Of a stretch of 64,000 nucleotides of DNA, positions 1 through 9,442 are shown one piece after another; positions within the stretch are counted from its first letter, which is position 1, and every line of letters begins with the position of its first letter. The position numbers were made by a program, and so were the translations under genes. The stretch comes from Spirochaetia bacterium (GTDB lineage: Bacteria; Spirochaetota; Spirochaetia; DSM-16054; Sediminispirochaetaceae): the NCBI GenBank assembly GCA_034520965.1, contig JAXHMY010000008.1, forward strand, positions 192,001 to 256,000, read 5' to 3'. Under the pieces are notes generated by a model. The model saw nothing but the letters and a program-made list of their open reading frames with translations, was not told the DNA's origin and made no database searches.

Positions 1-52
1 TATTACTAAAGACGAGTTTGAAGAGCTCGTAGCGGAAGAAGGAGAAGAGTAA
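1..52 (+). CDS. fliM: 3' end of upstream gene, probably flagellar motor switch protein FliM (partial)
   Basis: Frame 2 reads ITKDEFEELVAEEGEE* and its TAA overlaps the next ATG (TAATG). Identity is inferred only from its position before fliY. Confidence 0.55.
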   Translation, partial: ITKDEFEELVAEEGEE

Positions 53-1194
53 TGAGTGATGGTTCTCTCTCTCAAGATGAAATTGATGCTTTATTACAGG
101 GAAGCAGCATGGATTTGGGCGGTCAGGACGCTTCCTCATCCGGAGGGGGTGGAAATGCCGGGCTTTCGGAACAGGAAAAGCAGCAGTTTGCCCAAATATT
201 AGGTCAGATTGTGCAGTCCCAGGGTTCTAATCTCTCAGGTATGATTGGTGAAACAGTAACTTTACGCACACCATCTATTGAACTTGTTGCGGGTGATAGT
301 GCCGGGCAAGGCTTGTCCGATAATATGGTCGAGATTCAGATAGATTTCTCAGAAGGTCTTAGCGGTTTTCACTCATATTTGCTGCCAAATGAAGCTGCTA
401 CCACCATTGCCGGTAAAATGATGGGGCAGACAGAGGTAGAGTTGAACGAGGCTGCCTTATCAGCATTGGAAGAAGCCGGTAATACTCTGGCAGGGTCGGC
501 GGCCACCAGTATTGGTGATGTGATCGGTACAACCGTAATGACCTCACCGGGCAGTACTAAAACCGTGTCTAATGCAGATGTTCAAGGCCCCAGTGGTCAG
601 GCGGTCAAGGCGACCTATTCTCTTAAGATAGATGACGAACAAGAGACCAGCCTGGTAGAGCTGTTTGATCTATCGGTAGTCAAGTCAATCCTCCAGGCCG
701 GCAGCGGCGGCCAGCAAGCGGCCGCACAGCCACAGCAAACAGGACAGATGGCTGGTCAGCAGGTGCAGCAGCAGGCAATGGGGAATCAGCAAATGGGAGG
801 CGGCCAGATGTGGGGCGGCCAAGCATCCTTCGGCGGTCAGTCTGCAGCTGGTACCCAGGGAATGGGTGGAGGCGGAGCAAATGTGCAAGCGGTTCAATTT
901 CCTAATCTAAACCCCCAGTCGGGCGGTTCCGAGCAGGGGAATATCGGTCTGTTGATGGATGTATACATGGAGATGACGGTAGAACTGGGACGAACCCGTC
1001 GTCTTATAAAAGATATTCTAGGCATGGGCGAGGGTACCATCATCGAGCTGGATAAACTGGCCGGCGAACCTGTTGATATCCTTGTAAACCATAAACTTAT
1101 TGCCCGGGGAGAGGTAGTAGTTATTGATGAAAACTTCGGAGTACGTGTCACCGAGATCGTATCTCCGTTGGACAGGGTTGAAGGTATGACATAA
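52..1194 (+). CDS. fliY: Flagellar motor switch protein FliY (CheC-like domain + FliN/SpoA domain)
   Basis: N-terminal LSQDEIDALL CheY-binding peptide, CheC-like middle region (EEAGN), C-terminal FliN domain (MTVELGRT...IIELDKLAGEPVDILVNHKLIARGEVVVIDENFGVRVTEI). Confidence 0.9.
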   Translation: MSDGSLSQDEIDALLQGSSMDLGGQDASSSGGGGNAGLSEQEKQQFAQILGQIVQSQGSNLSGMIGETVTLRTPSIELVAGDSAGQGLSDNMVEIQIDFSEGLSGFHSYLLPNEAATTIAGKMMGQTEVELNEAALSALEEAGNTLAGSAATSIGDVIGTTVMTSPGSTKTVSNADVQGPSGQAVKATYSLKIDDEQETSLVELFDLSVVKSILQAGSGGQQAAAQPQQTGQMAGQQVQQQAMGNQQMGGGQMWGGQASFGGQSAAGTQGMGGGGANVQAVQFPNLNPQSGGSEQGNIGLLMDVYMEMTVELGRTRRLIKDILGMGEGTIIELDKLAGEPVDILVNHKLIARGEVVVIDENFGVRVTEIVSPLDRVEGMT

Positions 1195-1255
1195 TCTTTA
1201 GCCTGAACATATAACATATTTTAACGGCGAGCGATGCAGATAATTGGGAGGGGAC

Positions 1256-2050
1256 GTGAAACACGTATTTATTATCATCGCCTTGTCCGGAGTGTTGTTT
1301 CTTTGTGGGTTACCCGTGTGGTCACAGACCGCTGCGGGATCAGAAAATGACACATCCGTACAAAGTGCCGCAGAAGAACAAGGTGCGACTCAAAGCACAA
1401 ATGGTGAAGCTGCGGATCAGGAAAACACCGACACGGCACGGCCGTCGGCGGTGAATGAAGAAGAACTTGAAATATTAGACACACAATCACCACAAGTAGA
1501 GCTTGAGGAAGGTCTCAATACCTTCACTGTGTGGGATTTTTTGCGCATGGTGTTGGTTTTGGGCGGAGTTATTGCCGCTATCTACGGGATCTTTTTTCTG
1601 CTGAAGCGGGTAGGTAATCCACGGGCCCAGCCTGATAGTCTGATCAATGTACTTTCAACTCAAAACTTACAGGGGAATCGTTCTCTTCATTTGGTCGAAG
1701 TCGGGAATGAGGTCTTTCTAGTTGGTTCTGCCGAAGGTGGGGTACAGTTGGTTTCACGGATAGAGGAAAGTGAGACACTGGATGCCATCCATCTGTACCG
1801 GTCGCAGCTTAGTGCCGGAACCCAAACTTTTCAGAACACCCTGAAAGGGATTTTCTCAAAAACCTCAGCCCCTAATGGGCAGGGGCCAAGTGGAGATCCT
1901 GCAACCGCAACAGCCGGCGCAGCTGGGAATACAGCCGGATCCAGCGGTGGTACTACAGGGACAGGTGGGTCGCAGAGGACACAGAGTAACAGTATGAACG
2001 GCAGTGCACTCTTCCTGCAGCAGCAGCGTGAACGATTGAAGAAGCTGTGA
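1256..2050 (+). CDS. fliO: Flagellar biosynthesis protein FliO/FliZ
   Basis: Lies between fliY and fliP; TM helix followed by FliO-type LSTQNLQGNRSLHLVEVGNEVFLVG. GTG 1256 chosen over TTG 1244 because GGGAGG precedes it. Confidence 0.8.
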   Translation: MKHVFIIIALSGVLFLCGLPVWSQTAAGSENDTSVQSAAEEQGATQSTNGEAADQENTDTARPSAVNEEELEILDTQSPQVELEEGLNTFTVWDFLRMVLVLGGVIAAIYGIFFLLKRVGNPRAQPDSLINVLSTQNLQGNRSLHLVEVGNEVFLVGSAEGGVQLVSRIEESETLDAIHLYRSQLSAGTQTFQNTLKGIFSKTSAPNGQGPSGDPATATAGAAGNTAGSSGGTTGTGGSQRTQSNSMNGSALFLQQQRERLKKL

Positions 2051-2064
2051 TGCGGGGGGTAAGA

Positions 2065-2850
2065 ATGAACAAACGTATCTTGCTGTTAATTATTATCTTA
2101 GTTCTACAATTGCTTGCCGTTGGTTCTGTCTTTGGACAGGAAGCGGTAGCTGAGACTGATCAAGGTTTGAATATTCCCTTTATCGATATTACCGTTCAGG
2201 AGCCGCAGAACAATCAAGAGGTGGCACTCAGTTTGCAGATTCTCCTGCTGCTGGCCGTCATAACACTCTCCCCTTCAATCCTCATTCTTACAACTAGCTT
2301 TCTGAGAATTGCAATAGTGCTGGATTTTATTCGTCGCGCCCTTTCTTTGCAGCAAGTCCCGCCGAACCAGGTGCTGATGGGGATTGCCTTGTTTATGACC
2401 CTTTTTATAATGTGGCCAACCTTTGATGAAGTGTACCAAAGCTCATTTAAGCCTTTTGCCGAGGGAGAAATCGGAATAGAGGAGATGTACGAGGAAGGTA
2501 TTTCACCTCTGCGGATTTTTATGTACCGCCAGATGAATGACAACCACGAAATGATACAACTGTTTATGCGGATGCGCGGCCTGCCCAAGCCGGAGAATTT
2601 TGCGGAGGTTCCCACCTATGTTCTCGTACCGGCCTACATACTGCATGAGCTAACGGTTGCCTTCAAGATCGGAATTCTGCTGTTTATACCGTTTATTGTG
2701 ATCGATATGGTGGTTGCCTCTACCTTGATGTCCATGGGAATGATCATGCTGCCGCCTATTATGATCTCCCTTCCCTTTAAGATTATTTTATTCGTGCTGG
2801 TTGACGGCTGGGGCTTAATTACCCAGCAGCTTATACAGAGCTTTAGTTAA
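2065..2850 (+). CDS. fliP: Flagellar export apparatus protein FliP
   Basis: TSFLRIAIVL...QQVPPNQVLMGIALFMTLFIMWP; LPFKIILFVLVDGW. Start at ATG 2065 (alternative GTG 2047). Confidence 0.95.
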   Translation: MNKRILLLIIILVLQLLAVGSVFGQEAVAETDQGLNIPFIDITVQEPQNNQEVALSLQILLLLAVITLSPSILILTTSFLRIAIVLDFIRRALSLQQVPPNQVLMGIALFMTLFIMWPTFDEVYQSSFKPFAEGEIGIEEMYEEGISPLRIFMYRQMNDNHEMIQLFMRMRGLPKPENFAEVPTYVLVPAYILHELTVAFKIGILLFIPFIVIDMVVASTLMSMGMIMLPPIMISLPFKIILFVLVDGWGLITQQLIQSFS

Positions 2851-2873
2851 TTGATAAGACAAAGGAGGAGAAA

Positions 2874-3143
2874 ATGAGTATAGGAATGGCTGCCAATATT
2901 ATGCAGAGCGGTGTGTTTCAGGTTCTGCTTGTTGCAGCTCCCATGCTGATCATTGCCGTTACAGTTGGTTTGGTGATATCAATCTTTCAGGCAACCACCA
3001 GTATTCAGGAGCAAACTCTCACCTTCGTACCCAAGATTATTGCAATTTTGGGGAGTGTGGCCTTTTTCGGTCCCTGGATGCTGTCGTCAATGCAGCAGTA
3101 TACACTGAGACTTCTTGGGCTTATCTCACAGATGGGGGGCTAA
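2874..3143 (+). CDS. fliQ: Flagellar export apparatus protein FliQ
   Basis: GLVISIFQATTSIQEQTLTFVPK signature; AGGAGG SD. Confidence 0.95.
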   Translation: MSIGMAANIMQSGVFQVLLVAAPMLIIAVTVGLVISIFQATTSIQEQTLTFVPKIIAILGSVAFFGPWMLSSMQQYTLRLLGLISQMGG

Positions 3144-3149
3144 ACAGAG

Positions 3150-3947
3150 GTGGATATAGACCTCATGGCGCAAAACGTCCAACTTTTACTCATTATTTTT
3201 GCGCGGATCTTCGCCATGCTCAGTATTGCACCCCTGCTCTCCTCTCAGGCAATTCCCGGAGTCGCCCGGGTTGCCCTGGGACTGTTTGCAGCGGTAATGG
3301 TTTTTCCCTGGGTCCTTGAGGCCGGGTACCCCATGCCGGGGACCGGCGTGCAATACATGTTTCTGTTAATCGGAGAAGTCTTAATAGGGATTAGTCTGGG
3401 TTTCAGTCTTACAGTCATTTATGCTGCTTTCCTAGTTGCCGGCCAGTATTTTTCGTTTCAAATGGGTTTCGGGGCCTCTCAGGTATACGACCCAATGGCA
3501 CAGGTACAGATTCCTCTGATGGGACAATTTCTGAATATGATTGCGATGTTTGTTTTTATCATTACCAATGGTTTTCAAAAGTTGTTTCTGGTCGGTATTT
3601 TACGTTCTTTTCAGGTTATGCGGGCTGTCGATATTATTGGCAGTCGAGATGAACTTATAACTTTAATACTCGGCAGTCTTACGGAACTTTTCAGACAGGC
3701 ACTTATCATCTCTTTTCCAATTCTGGGAACGCTGATGTTGGTATCGGTTGCAATGGGGCTGCTGGCCAAGGCTGCACCTCAGATGAACCTGCTTATGCTG
3801 GGCTTTCCCCTGAAAATTGGAGTTGCCTTTTTGATGATAACTATCACCATGCCTCTGCTGATGGAAGCCTTTGCCCGGATAATCGATGCCAGCTTTCTGG
3901 AAATAATGCGTTACCTGGCTGATGTAGAGCGGGGAGGTACGGTATGA
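3150..3947 (+). CDS. fliR: Flagellar export apparatus protein FliR
   Basis: Multi-TM protein; AGQYFSFQMGFG and KAAPQMNLLMLGFPLK motifs; gene order. Confidence 0.95.
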   Translation: MDIDLMAQNVQLLLIIFARIFAMLSIAPLLSSQAIPGVARVALGLFAAVMVFPWVLEAGYPMPGTGVQYMFLLIGEVLIGISLGFSLTVIYAAFLVAGQYFSFQMGFGASQVYDPMAQVQIPLMGQFLNMIAMFVFIITNGFQKLFLVGILRSFQVMRAVDIIGSRDELITLILGSLTELFRQALIISFPILGTLMLVSVAMGLLAKAAPQMNLLMLGFPLKIGVAFLMITITMPLLMEAFARIIDASFLEIMRYLADVERGGTV

Positions 3948-5101
3948 ACGGCTGGTACGTTGCGGAAGAGTATTACCGCTCCCTTACTGCCCGCGGGGAG
4001 TCCCTCTTCAACATTCACTTGCAGTGGTTTGCTGCTGAAGATGAAGGCCGGACTGAGGAGCCGACTGAGCAGAAAATCAGAAAGGCCAGGGAAGATGGAA
4101 AGGTGGCCAAGAGCTCGGAGTTTACCTCCTCCCTGGTGCTGCTGTTTCCGATTATTGGAATCGGTATAATGGCGCCGCGAATGTTGGCTACTATGGAGGA
4201 GATGTTGGCCTATTTCCTGGAACTTTCCACTCAGCTTGATGTATCCAGGGAGGCGCAAATTGTACCGGCCTTTTTTAGCTATTATGCCCAGCTGGTTGCC
4301 CCGCCGGCACTGATTGCTTTTGCGGCTGCCCTGCTGGCGAATCTACTGCAGGTAGGGTTCCTATTTAGTACCAAACCAATTACTCCGGATTTTAGTAAAA
4401 TTGTACCTAACTTTCCCCGATTTTTGCAAAAGTCATTTTTTTCCGGCGAGGCCTTGTTTAATTTTTCAAAATCGATTTTCAAGGTAGTCATAATAGGTAT
4501 AATCGCTTACATAAACATACGGATGGAGTTGGACTTAATTATTCAGTTTGTCAACGCACCATACCAGTATTCCTTTGTTAATTTGGCCGGAATCGCCTTT
4601 CGAATATTAGTAGAGGCGGCGATAGCCCTGCTCCTGTTGTCATTGCCTGATTATCTGTTTCAAAAGAAACAGCATCGAGAGTCAATAAAAATGACCAAGC
4701 AGGAAGTGAAAGAGGAACGTAAAACCATGGAAGGTGATCCTCTGGTGCGGAGCCGGCTGCGCGAAAGGATGAGGGATATGCTGAATCAAAACATGATGCA
4801 GAATGTTCCCGAAGCGGATGTAGTGGTAACCAACCCGACTCACTTTGCCATTGGACTTGAGTGGAAGCAGGAGCGGATGAATGCACCTGTTGTAATTGCA
4901 AAGGGACAGGACAATATTGCACAACGTATCAAAGAAATTGCCCGGGAAAGCGAGGTGCCGATTATTGAGAATAAGCCCTTAGCCCGTGCTCTCTATAGTG
5001 AAGTGGAAATAGGTGATGAAATTCCGGAACAGTATTATGAGGTTATGGCAATTGTACTGTCGGAGGTATATCGAATGAAAGCACAGGAGCAGGTATCGTA
5101 A
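3944..5101 (+). CDS. flhB: Flagellar export substrate-specificity switch FlhB
   Basis: RTEEPTEQKIRKAREDGKVAKS, KMTKQEVKEERKTMEGDP and the NPTH autocleavage motif. Confidence 0.96.
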   Translation: MNGWYVAEEYYRSLTARGESLFNIHLQWFAAEDEGRTEEPTEQKIRKAREDGKVAKSSEFTSSLVLLFPIIGIGIMAPRMLATMEEMLAYFLELSTQLDVSREAQIVPAFFSYYAQLVAPPALIAFAAALLANLLQVGFLFSTKPITPDFSKIVPNFPRFLQKSFFSGEALFNFSKSIFKVVIIGIIAYINIRMELDLIIQFVNAPYQYSFVNLAGIAFRILVEAAIALLLLSLPDYLFQKKQHRESIKMTKQEVKEERKTMEGDPLVRSRLRERMRDMLNQNMMQNVPEADVVVTNPTHFAIGLEWKQERMNAPVVIAKGQDNIAQRIKEIARESEVPIIENKPLARALYSEVEIGDEIPEQYYEVMAIVLSEVYRMKAQEQVS

Positions 5102-5135
5102 GTGAAGCATTGTACACAGACTCAAGGAGATTATT

Positions 5136-7238
5136 ATGGCTGATATTTCCGGCACATTACGGGGTTCGCTGCTAAACGGAAGAAGCGATATAATGGTGGC
5201 AGTTGGTGTAATTGCAGTAATTGCTATGCTAATTATACCTCTGCCGGCCTTTATGCTGGATTTACTCATGGCCTCAAACCTGGTATTTAGTTTACTGGTG
5301 ATATTGATCGTGCTCTATACCCGCCGGGCGTTGGAGTTTTCTGTATTCCCGACTCTACTTCTGCTTTCAACAGTGTTTGGATTAGCCTTAAATGTAAGCT
5401 CTACCCGTCTCATTCTTTCCCAGGGCAGTGAGTTCGACGGCAAGATAGTAAAGGCTTTTGCTACGTTTGTGGTTGGTACTTCGGGAACCGAGGGGCTGGT
5501 CATTGGTTTTATTATATTCGTCATTTTAATTTCGGTACAGTTTATAGTTATTACCAAGGGCGCGACCCGAGTTGCAGAGGTAGCCGCACGGTTTACCCTG
5601 GATGCGCTGCCCGGAAAACAGATGGCGATTGAAGCTGCCTACAATTCCGGCTCATTGACCGAAGAAGAGGCCACCCGTCAGAAAAATGATCTGCAGCGGG
5701 AGGTTGATTTCTATGGTGCAATGGATGGTGCTTCTAAGTTTGTTTCTGGAAATGTGAAGGTCGGTATGCTGATCACTGCGATTAACATAGTCGGTGGTTT
5801 GATTGTCGGGACTACAATTCACGGAGAATCAATCGGATTGGCCGCCAATACCTATGTCTCGTTAACCGTCGGTGATGGTCTGGTTACCCAGTTTCCAGCC
5901 TTGTTTATTTCTACCGCCACCGGTCTAATAGTTACCAGGGCTATTTCCGACGGAACCTTTGGTTCGGATGTTTCAGAGCAGTTCAGTCAGCACTCGCGGG
6001 TCTATTGGATTGCAGCAATATTTCTGTTGTTTCTATCATTTTTACCCGGCTTTCCTTCTTTAGTTCTGCTTCCTCTTTCACTGTTGATTGGCTATCTGGC
6101 CTACCGGCTCTCCCGTAAGCAGATGGCGGAGCAAAGATCTGCCCGGGAGGCAGAAGAAACAGCTGCACCGGAGGAAGAACCTCAGGATGTATCTCCAATT
6201 GTGCCCTTGGATCCCCTTTCCTTGGAACTTGGATACGGGTTGATTCCGCTTGTTGATAAAGATCAAGGTGCGGAACTGCTGGATCGGATTACCCGCATAC
6301 GCCGCGAATCTGCACTGGAACTAGGCTTAGTAGTACCGCGTATAAGAATTATAGATAATATGCGTCTTGAACCAAGTGAATACAGTGTAAAGATCAAGGG
6401 AGTTGAAGTAGGCCGGGCTAAGCTGAAAACCGGCTTCTATCTGGCTATCAATCCGGGAGATGTAAGTGAAGAAATCGAGGGTGATAAGACAACCGATCCC
6501 GCCTTTGGCCTGCCGGCACTGTGGATTGACGATAGTAACCGTGAAGAGGCTGAACGGGCAGGTTATACGGTAGTCGACAGCCCGTCGATTATTGCTACCC
6601 ATCTCACAGAAATCATTAAACGACACGCCCATGAAATGCTCGGACGTCAGGAAGTGAAGTCAATTCTGGATACCCTGCGAGGTAACTATCCGGCGGTTGT
6701 GGATGATGTAAATAAATCATTGTCTCTGGGAGAAATGCAGAAAGTACTGCAAGGCTTATTGCAGGAACGGGTTTCAATCCGTAATATGGTGCCCATACTG
6801 GAGACACTGGCCGATTATGCACCAGTTTCCAACAATGTAACCTTTTTGGGGGAAAAAGCCCGGCAAGCTCTGGGAAGGCAGATTTGTCTTCAGTATGCTG
6901 ATGAGAATCGGGTGCTCCGGGTATTGACTATCAATCCGGAGCTTGAACAGGAAATTATTGATTCACGGGTCGATACAGCCCAGGGGCCGATTGCTTCACT
7001 GGAGCCTGAGAAGCACCGGGCATGGATCACTGCTGCCACCAATGCGGTTCATCAGGTACAGCAGCTGGGGTATATGCCGGTAATGCTATGCTCCGAGGCT
7101 GCCCGAAAGTTGGTTCGAAAGAGCCTGGAGCGTGATATACCCGATATCGCCGTTTTGTCCGTACCGGAGGTTGTTGCGGATATAACAACGGAAGGTCTGG
7201 GAGAAATAGTCCTGGATACCCAGGTACAGCAGTCATGA
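5136..7238 (+). CDS. flhA: Flagellar export gate protein FlhA
   Basis: FHIPEP motif RVAEVAARFTLDALPGKQMAIEA...FYGAMDGASKFV. Confidence 0.97.
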   Translation: MADISGTLRGSLLNGRSDIMVAVGVIAVIAMLIIPLPAFMLDLLMASNLVFSLLVILIVLYTRRALEFSVFPTLLLLSTVFGLALNVSSTRLILSQGSEFDGKIVKAFATFVVGTSGTEGLVIGFIIFVILISVQFIVITKGATRVAEVAARFTLDALPGKQMAIEAAYNSGSLTEEEATRQKNDLQREVDFYGAMDGASKFVSGNVKVGMLITAINIVGGLIVGTTIHGESIGLAANTYVSLTVGDGLVTQFPALFISTATGLIVTRAISDGTFGSDVSEQFSQHSRVYWIAAIFLLFLSFLPGFPSLVLLPLSLLIGYLAYRLSRKQMAEQRSAREAEETAAPEEEPQDVSPIVPLDPLSLELGYGLIPLVDKDQGAELLDRITRIRRESALELGLVVPRIRIIDNMRLEPSEYSVKIKGVEVGRAKLKTGFYLAINPGDVSEEIEGDKTTDPAFGLPALWIDDSNREEAERAGYTVVDSPSIIATHLTEIIKRHAHEMLGRQEVKSILDTLRGNYPAVVDDVNKSLSLGEMQKVLQGLLQERVSIRNMVPILETLADYAPVSNNVTFLGEKARQALGRQICLQYADENRVLRVLTINPELEQEIIDSRVDTAQGPIASLEPEKHRAWITAATNAVHQVQQLGYMPVMLCSEAARKLVRKSLERDIPDIAVLSVPEVVADITTEGLGEIVLDTQVQQS

Positions 7239-7250
7239 AGAGGATAAGAT

Positions 7251-8513
7251 ATGCAGTATTTTACTGAACAAGCGCCCAGTCACCACGAAGTCTTGGAGAA
7301 AATTCGCCGGAAGTACGGAGAGCGGGCGAAGATTCTGACCCACAGAACAGTACGGCTGGGAGGATTTATGGGAATGTTTTCAAAAGAGGGTGTTGAGATG
7401 ACCGGTTACATTGCTCAGGAAGCCCCCAGTAAGCAGAAAGCACGGGTGCAGGAAGAGAAACAAAAAATCCTCGATAGCGTGAAAGGGGATAAAACCCTGC
7501 AGAAGGTTCTTGAGGAAGTTCAGTCTCTAAAGCAGCAGTTTGAATCCTACACGCCTCCTAAAGTGCAGGAGGATCATCCAGTTTTTTCTGAGGTGACTGA
7601 TGTGCTGTCACAGAATGAGTTTTCCTTTCACTTTATTCAGGACTTGCTGGAGCGGGTACGGCAGGAACTCAGTTATGAACAATTGAATGATACGGAGTTT
7701 GTGTTATCCCAGGTGCTGGAGTGGATTGGCGAGATTGTACCTGTCAAGGAAAACTACCGTGAGGGAAAACCCCGTATACTAATTTTGGTAGGGCCGACGG
7801 GGGTTGGAAAAACAACTACCATTGCCAAACTGGCGGCTATACATAGCCTTGGAAGCAAGGGTGAGCGATCGAAGGATGTGCGGATTATTACTATAGATAA
7901 TTATAGAATCGGTGCGAAGCAGCAGATTCGCACCTATGCGGAAATTCTGCAGGTACCTTTTACAAGCGTGGAGTCTTTCCAGGATTTACAGAATCAGATA
8001 GCCCTTGACCAGGATGCCGATTTAGTGCTGATCGATACGATCGGCAAGAGTCCGAAGGATTATATGAATCTGGCAAAAATGCGTGAGATTCTGGACGGCT
8101 GCGGCGGAAAAGCGGAAGTCCATCTAGCTGTGAGTGCTACCACCAAGGTCTCGGACCTAAAAGAGATTATGCAGCAGTTTGAACCCTTTAATTATGAGGC
8201 GGTCGTACTAACTAAACTTGATGAGACAATGCGGATCGGAAACTTGATCAGCGTGTTGAATGAAAGGGGTAAACAGCTCTCGTATATTGCCGACGGGCAG
8301 CGGGTTCCGGAAGATATCCAGCGGGCGACCCGTATACGAATATTAAAAACCTTGGAAGGCTTTCCGGTGTATGTGGGTCGACTAAAGCAGAAATTCGGTG
8401 AGGTAGATCACTCAGAAGAGGCCGGCGCAGATGGAAATGATGCGGTTACACCTGGAGGAACAAGAGCAGCTATACAGGGTCGGAAAAGAGATCACAAAAA
8501 CAAAGCGGGGTGA
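7251..8513 (+). CDS. flhF: SRP-type GTPase FlhF
   Basis: GPTGVGKTTTIAKLAA, DNYRIGA, DTIG, TKLDE, GQRVPEDI; follows flhA. Confidence 0.93.
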   Translation: MQYFTEQAPSHHEVLEKIRRKYGERAKILTHRTVRLGGFMGMFSKEGVEMTGYIAQEAPSKQKARVQEEKQKILDSVKGDKTLQKVLEEVQSLKQQFESYTPPKVQEDHPVFSEVTDVLSQNEFSFHFIQDLLERVRQELSYEQLNDTEFVLSQVLEWIGEIVPVKENYREGKPRILILVGPTGVGKTTTIAKLAAIHSLGSKGERSKDVRIITIDNYRIGAKQQIRTYAEILQVPFTSVESFQDLQNQIALDQDADLVLIDTIGKSPKDYMNLAKMREILDGCGGKAEVHLAVSATTKVSDLKEIMQQFEPFNYEAVVLTKLDETMRIGNLISVLNERGKQLSYIADGQRVPEDIQRATRIRILKTLEGFPVYVGRLKQKFGEVDHSEEAGADGNDAVTPGGTRAAIQGRKRDHKNKAG

Positions 8514-8516
8514 AAA

Positions 8517-9386
8517 ATGACGGATCAGGCTGAACAGTTGCGGGAGCTCATGAAAAACCGCACATCCGAAGAGGGTGGTTCCGAGAACAAAACCAGAATC
8601 ATTGCAATTGCCAGCGGGAAAGGCGGAGTCGGAAAGACAAATATTTCGATTAACCTGGCAATGGCCTATGCGCAACTGGGCAAGAAAGTAATTGTTATGG
8701 ATGCTGATCTCGGACTTGCCAATGTAAACGTAATACTTGGAATTATTCCCAAGTACAACCTGTACCACCTTATCCGCAAGCAAAAGCGGATGAGCGAAAT
8801 ACTGATGGATACCGAGTATGGTATACAAATAGTTGCGGGTGCCTCCGGTTTTTCAAAAATTGCCAATCTCACCGATGAGGAACGGGGCCATTTTATTGAG
8901 GAACTGTCTGCTCTATCTGATGCAGATATCATCATTATTGATACCAGCGCAGGGGTTTCGAGTAATGTGCTGGGCTTTATCGCGGCGGCGGATGATGCAA
9001 TTATTGTCACCACTCCTGAGCCTACCGCTATCACCGATGCGTATGGTATAATAAAGATTATAGCAACAGAAATAGAAAATATGGACTTAGGCTTAAAATT
9101 GATAGTAAATAGAGTGAAAAGTGTGACGGAAGGGCGTAAAATAGCAGAAAGGGTGATCAATATTGCCGGTCAGTTCTTGAATCTGAAGCTTGATTATCTG
9201 GGCTACGTATATGAAGATCAAGGAGTTGGTTCGGCGGTAATTCACCAGAAGCCGTTTATGGCATCCGAACCAAACGGTAAAGCCGCAATTTGCGTGCGTC
9301 ATATCGTGAGCCGGTTGGAAAACGTTGAGTATAAGGAAGGCAGCGGGGTCGGCAGCTTTTTGAAACGACTGTTAGGAAAGACTTAA
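8517..9386 (+). CDS. flhG: MinD-like ATPase FlhG/FleN
   Basis: MTDQAEQLR N-terminus, SGKGGVGKT, DADLGLAN, TTPEPTAITDAY, C-terminal amphipathic SFLKRLL. Confidence 0.93.
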   Translation: MTDQAEQLRELMKNRTSEEGGSENKTRIIAIASGKGGVGKTNISINLAMAYAQLGKKVIVMDADLGLANVNVILGIIPKYNLYHLIRKQKRMSEILMDTEYGIQIVAGASGFSKIANLTDEERGHFIEELSALSDADIIIIDTSAGVSSNVLGFIAAADDAIIVTTPEPTAITDAYGIIKIIATEIENMDLGLKLIVNRVKSVTEGRKIAERVINIAGQFLNLKLDYLGYVYEDQGVGSAVIHQKPFMASEPNGKAAICVRHIVSRLENVEYKEGSGVGSFLKRLLGKT

Positions 9387-9389
9387 AAC

Positions 9390-9418
9390 TTGACGGTTTT
9401 GGAATATTCTCATAGTCT
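9390..9418 (+). promoter_or_regulatory. Candidate sigma70 promoter internal to the flagellar operon
   Basis: TTGACG (9390-9395), 17 nt spacer, TAGTCT (9413-9418), in the gap after flhG. Confidence 0.55.
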
Positions 9419-9442
9419 TTATGTAGGGGGACCGAGGCTTAT

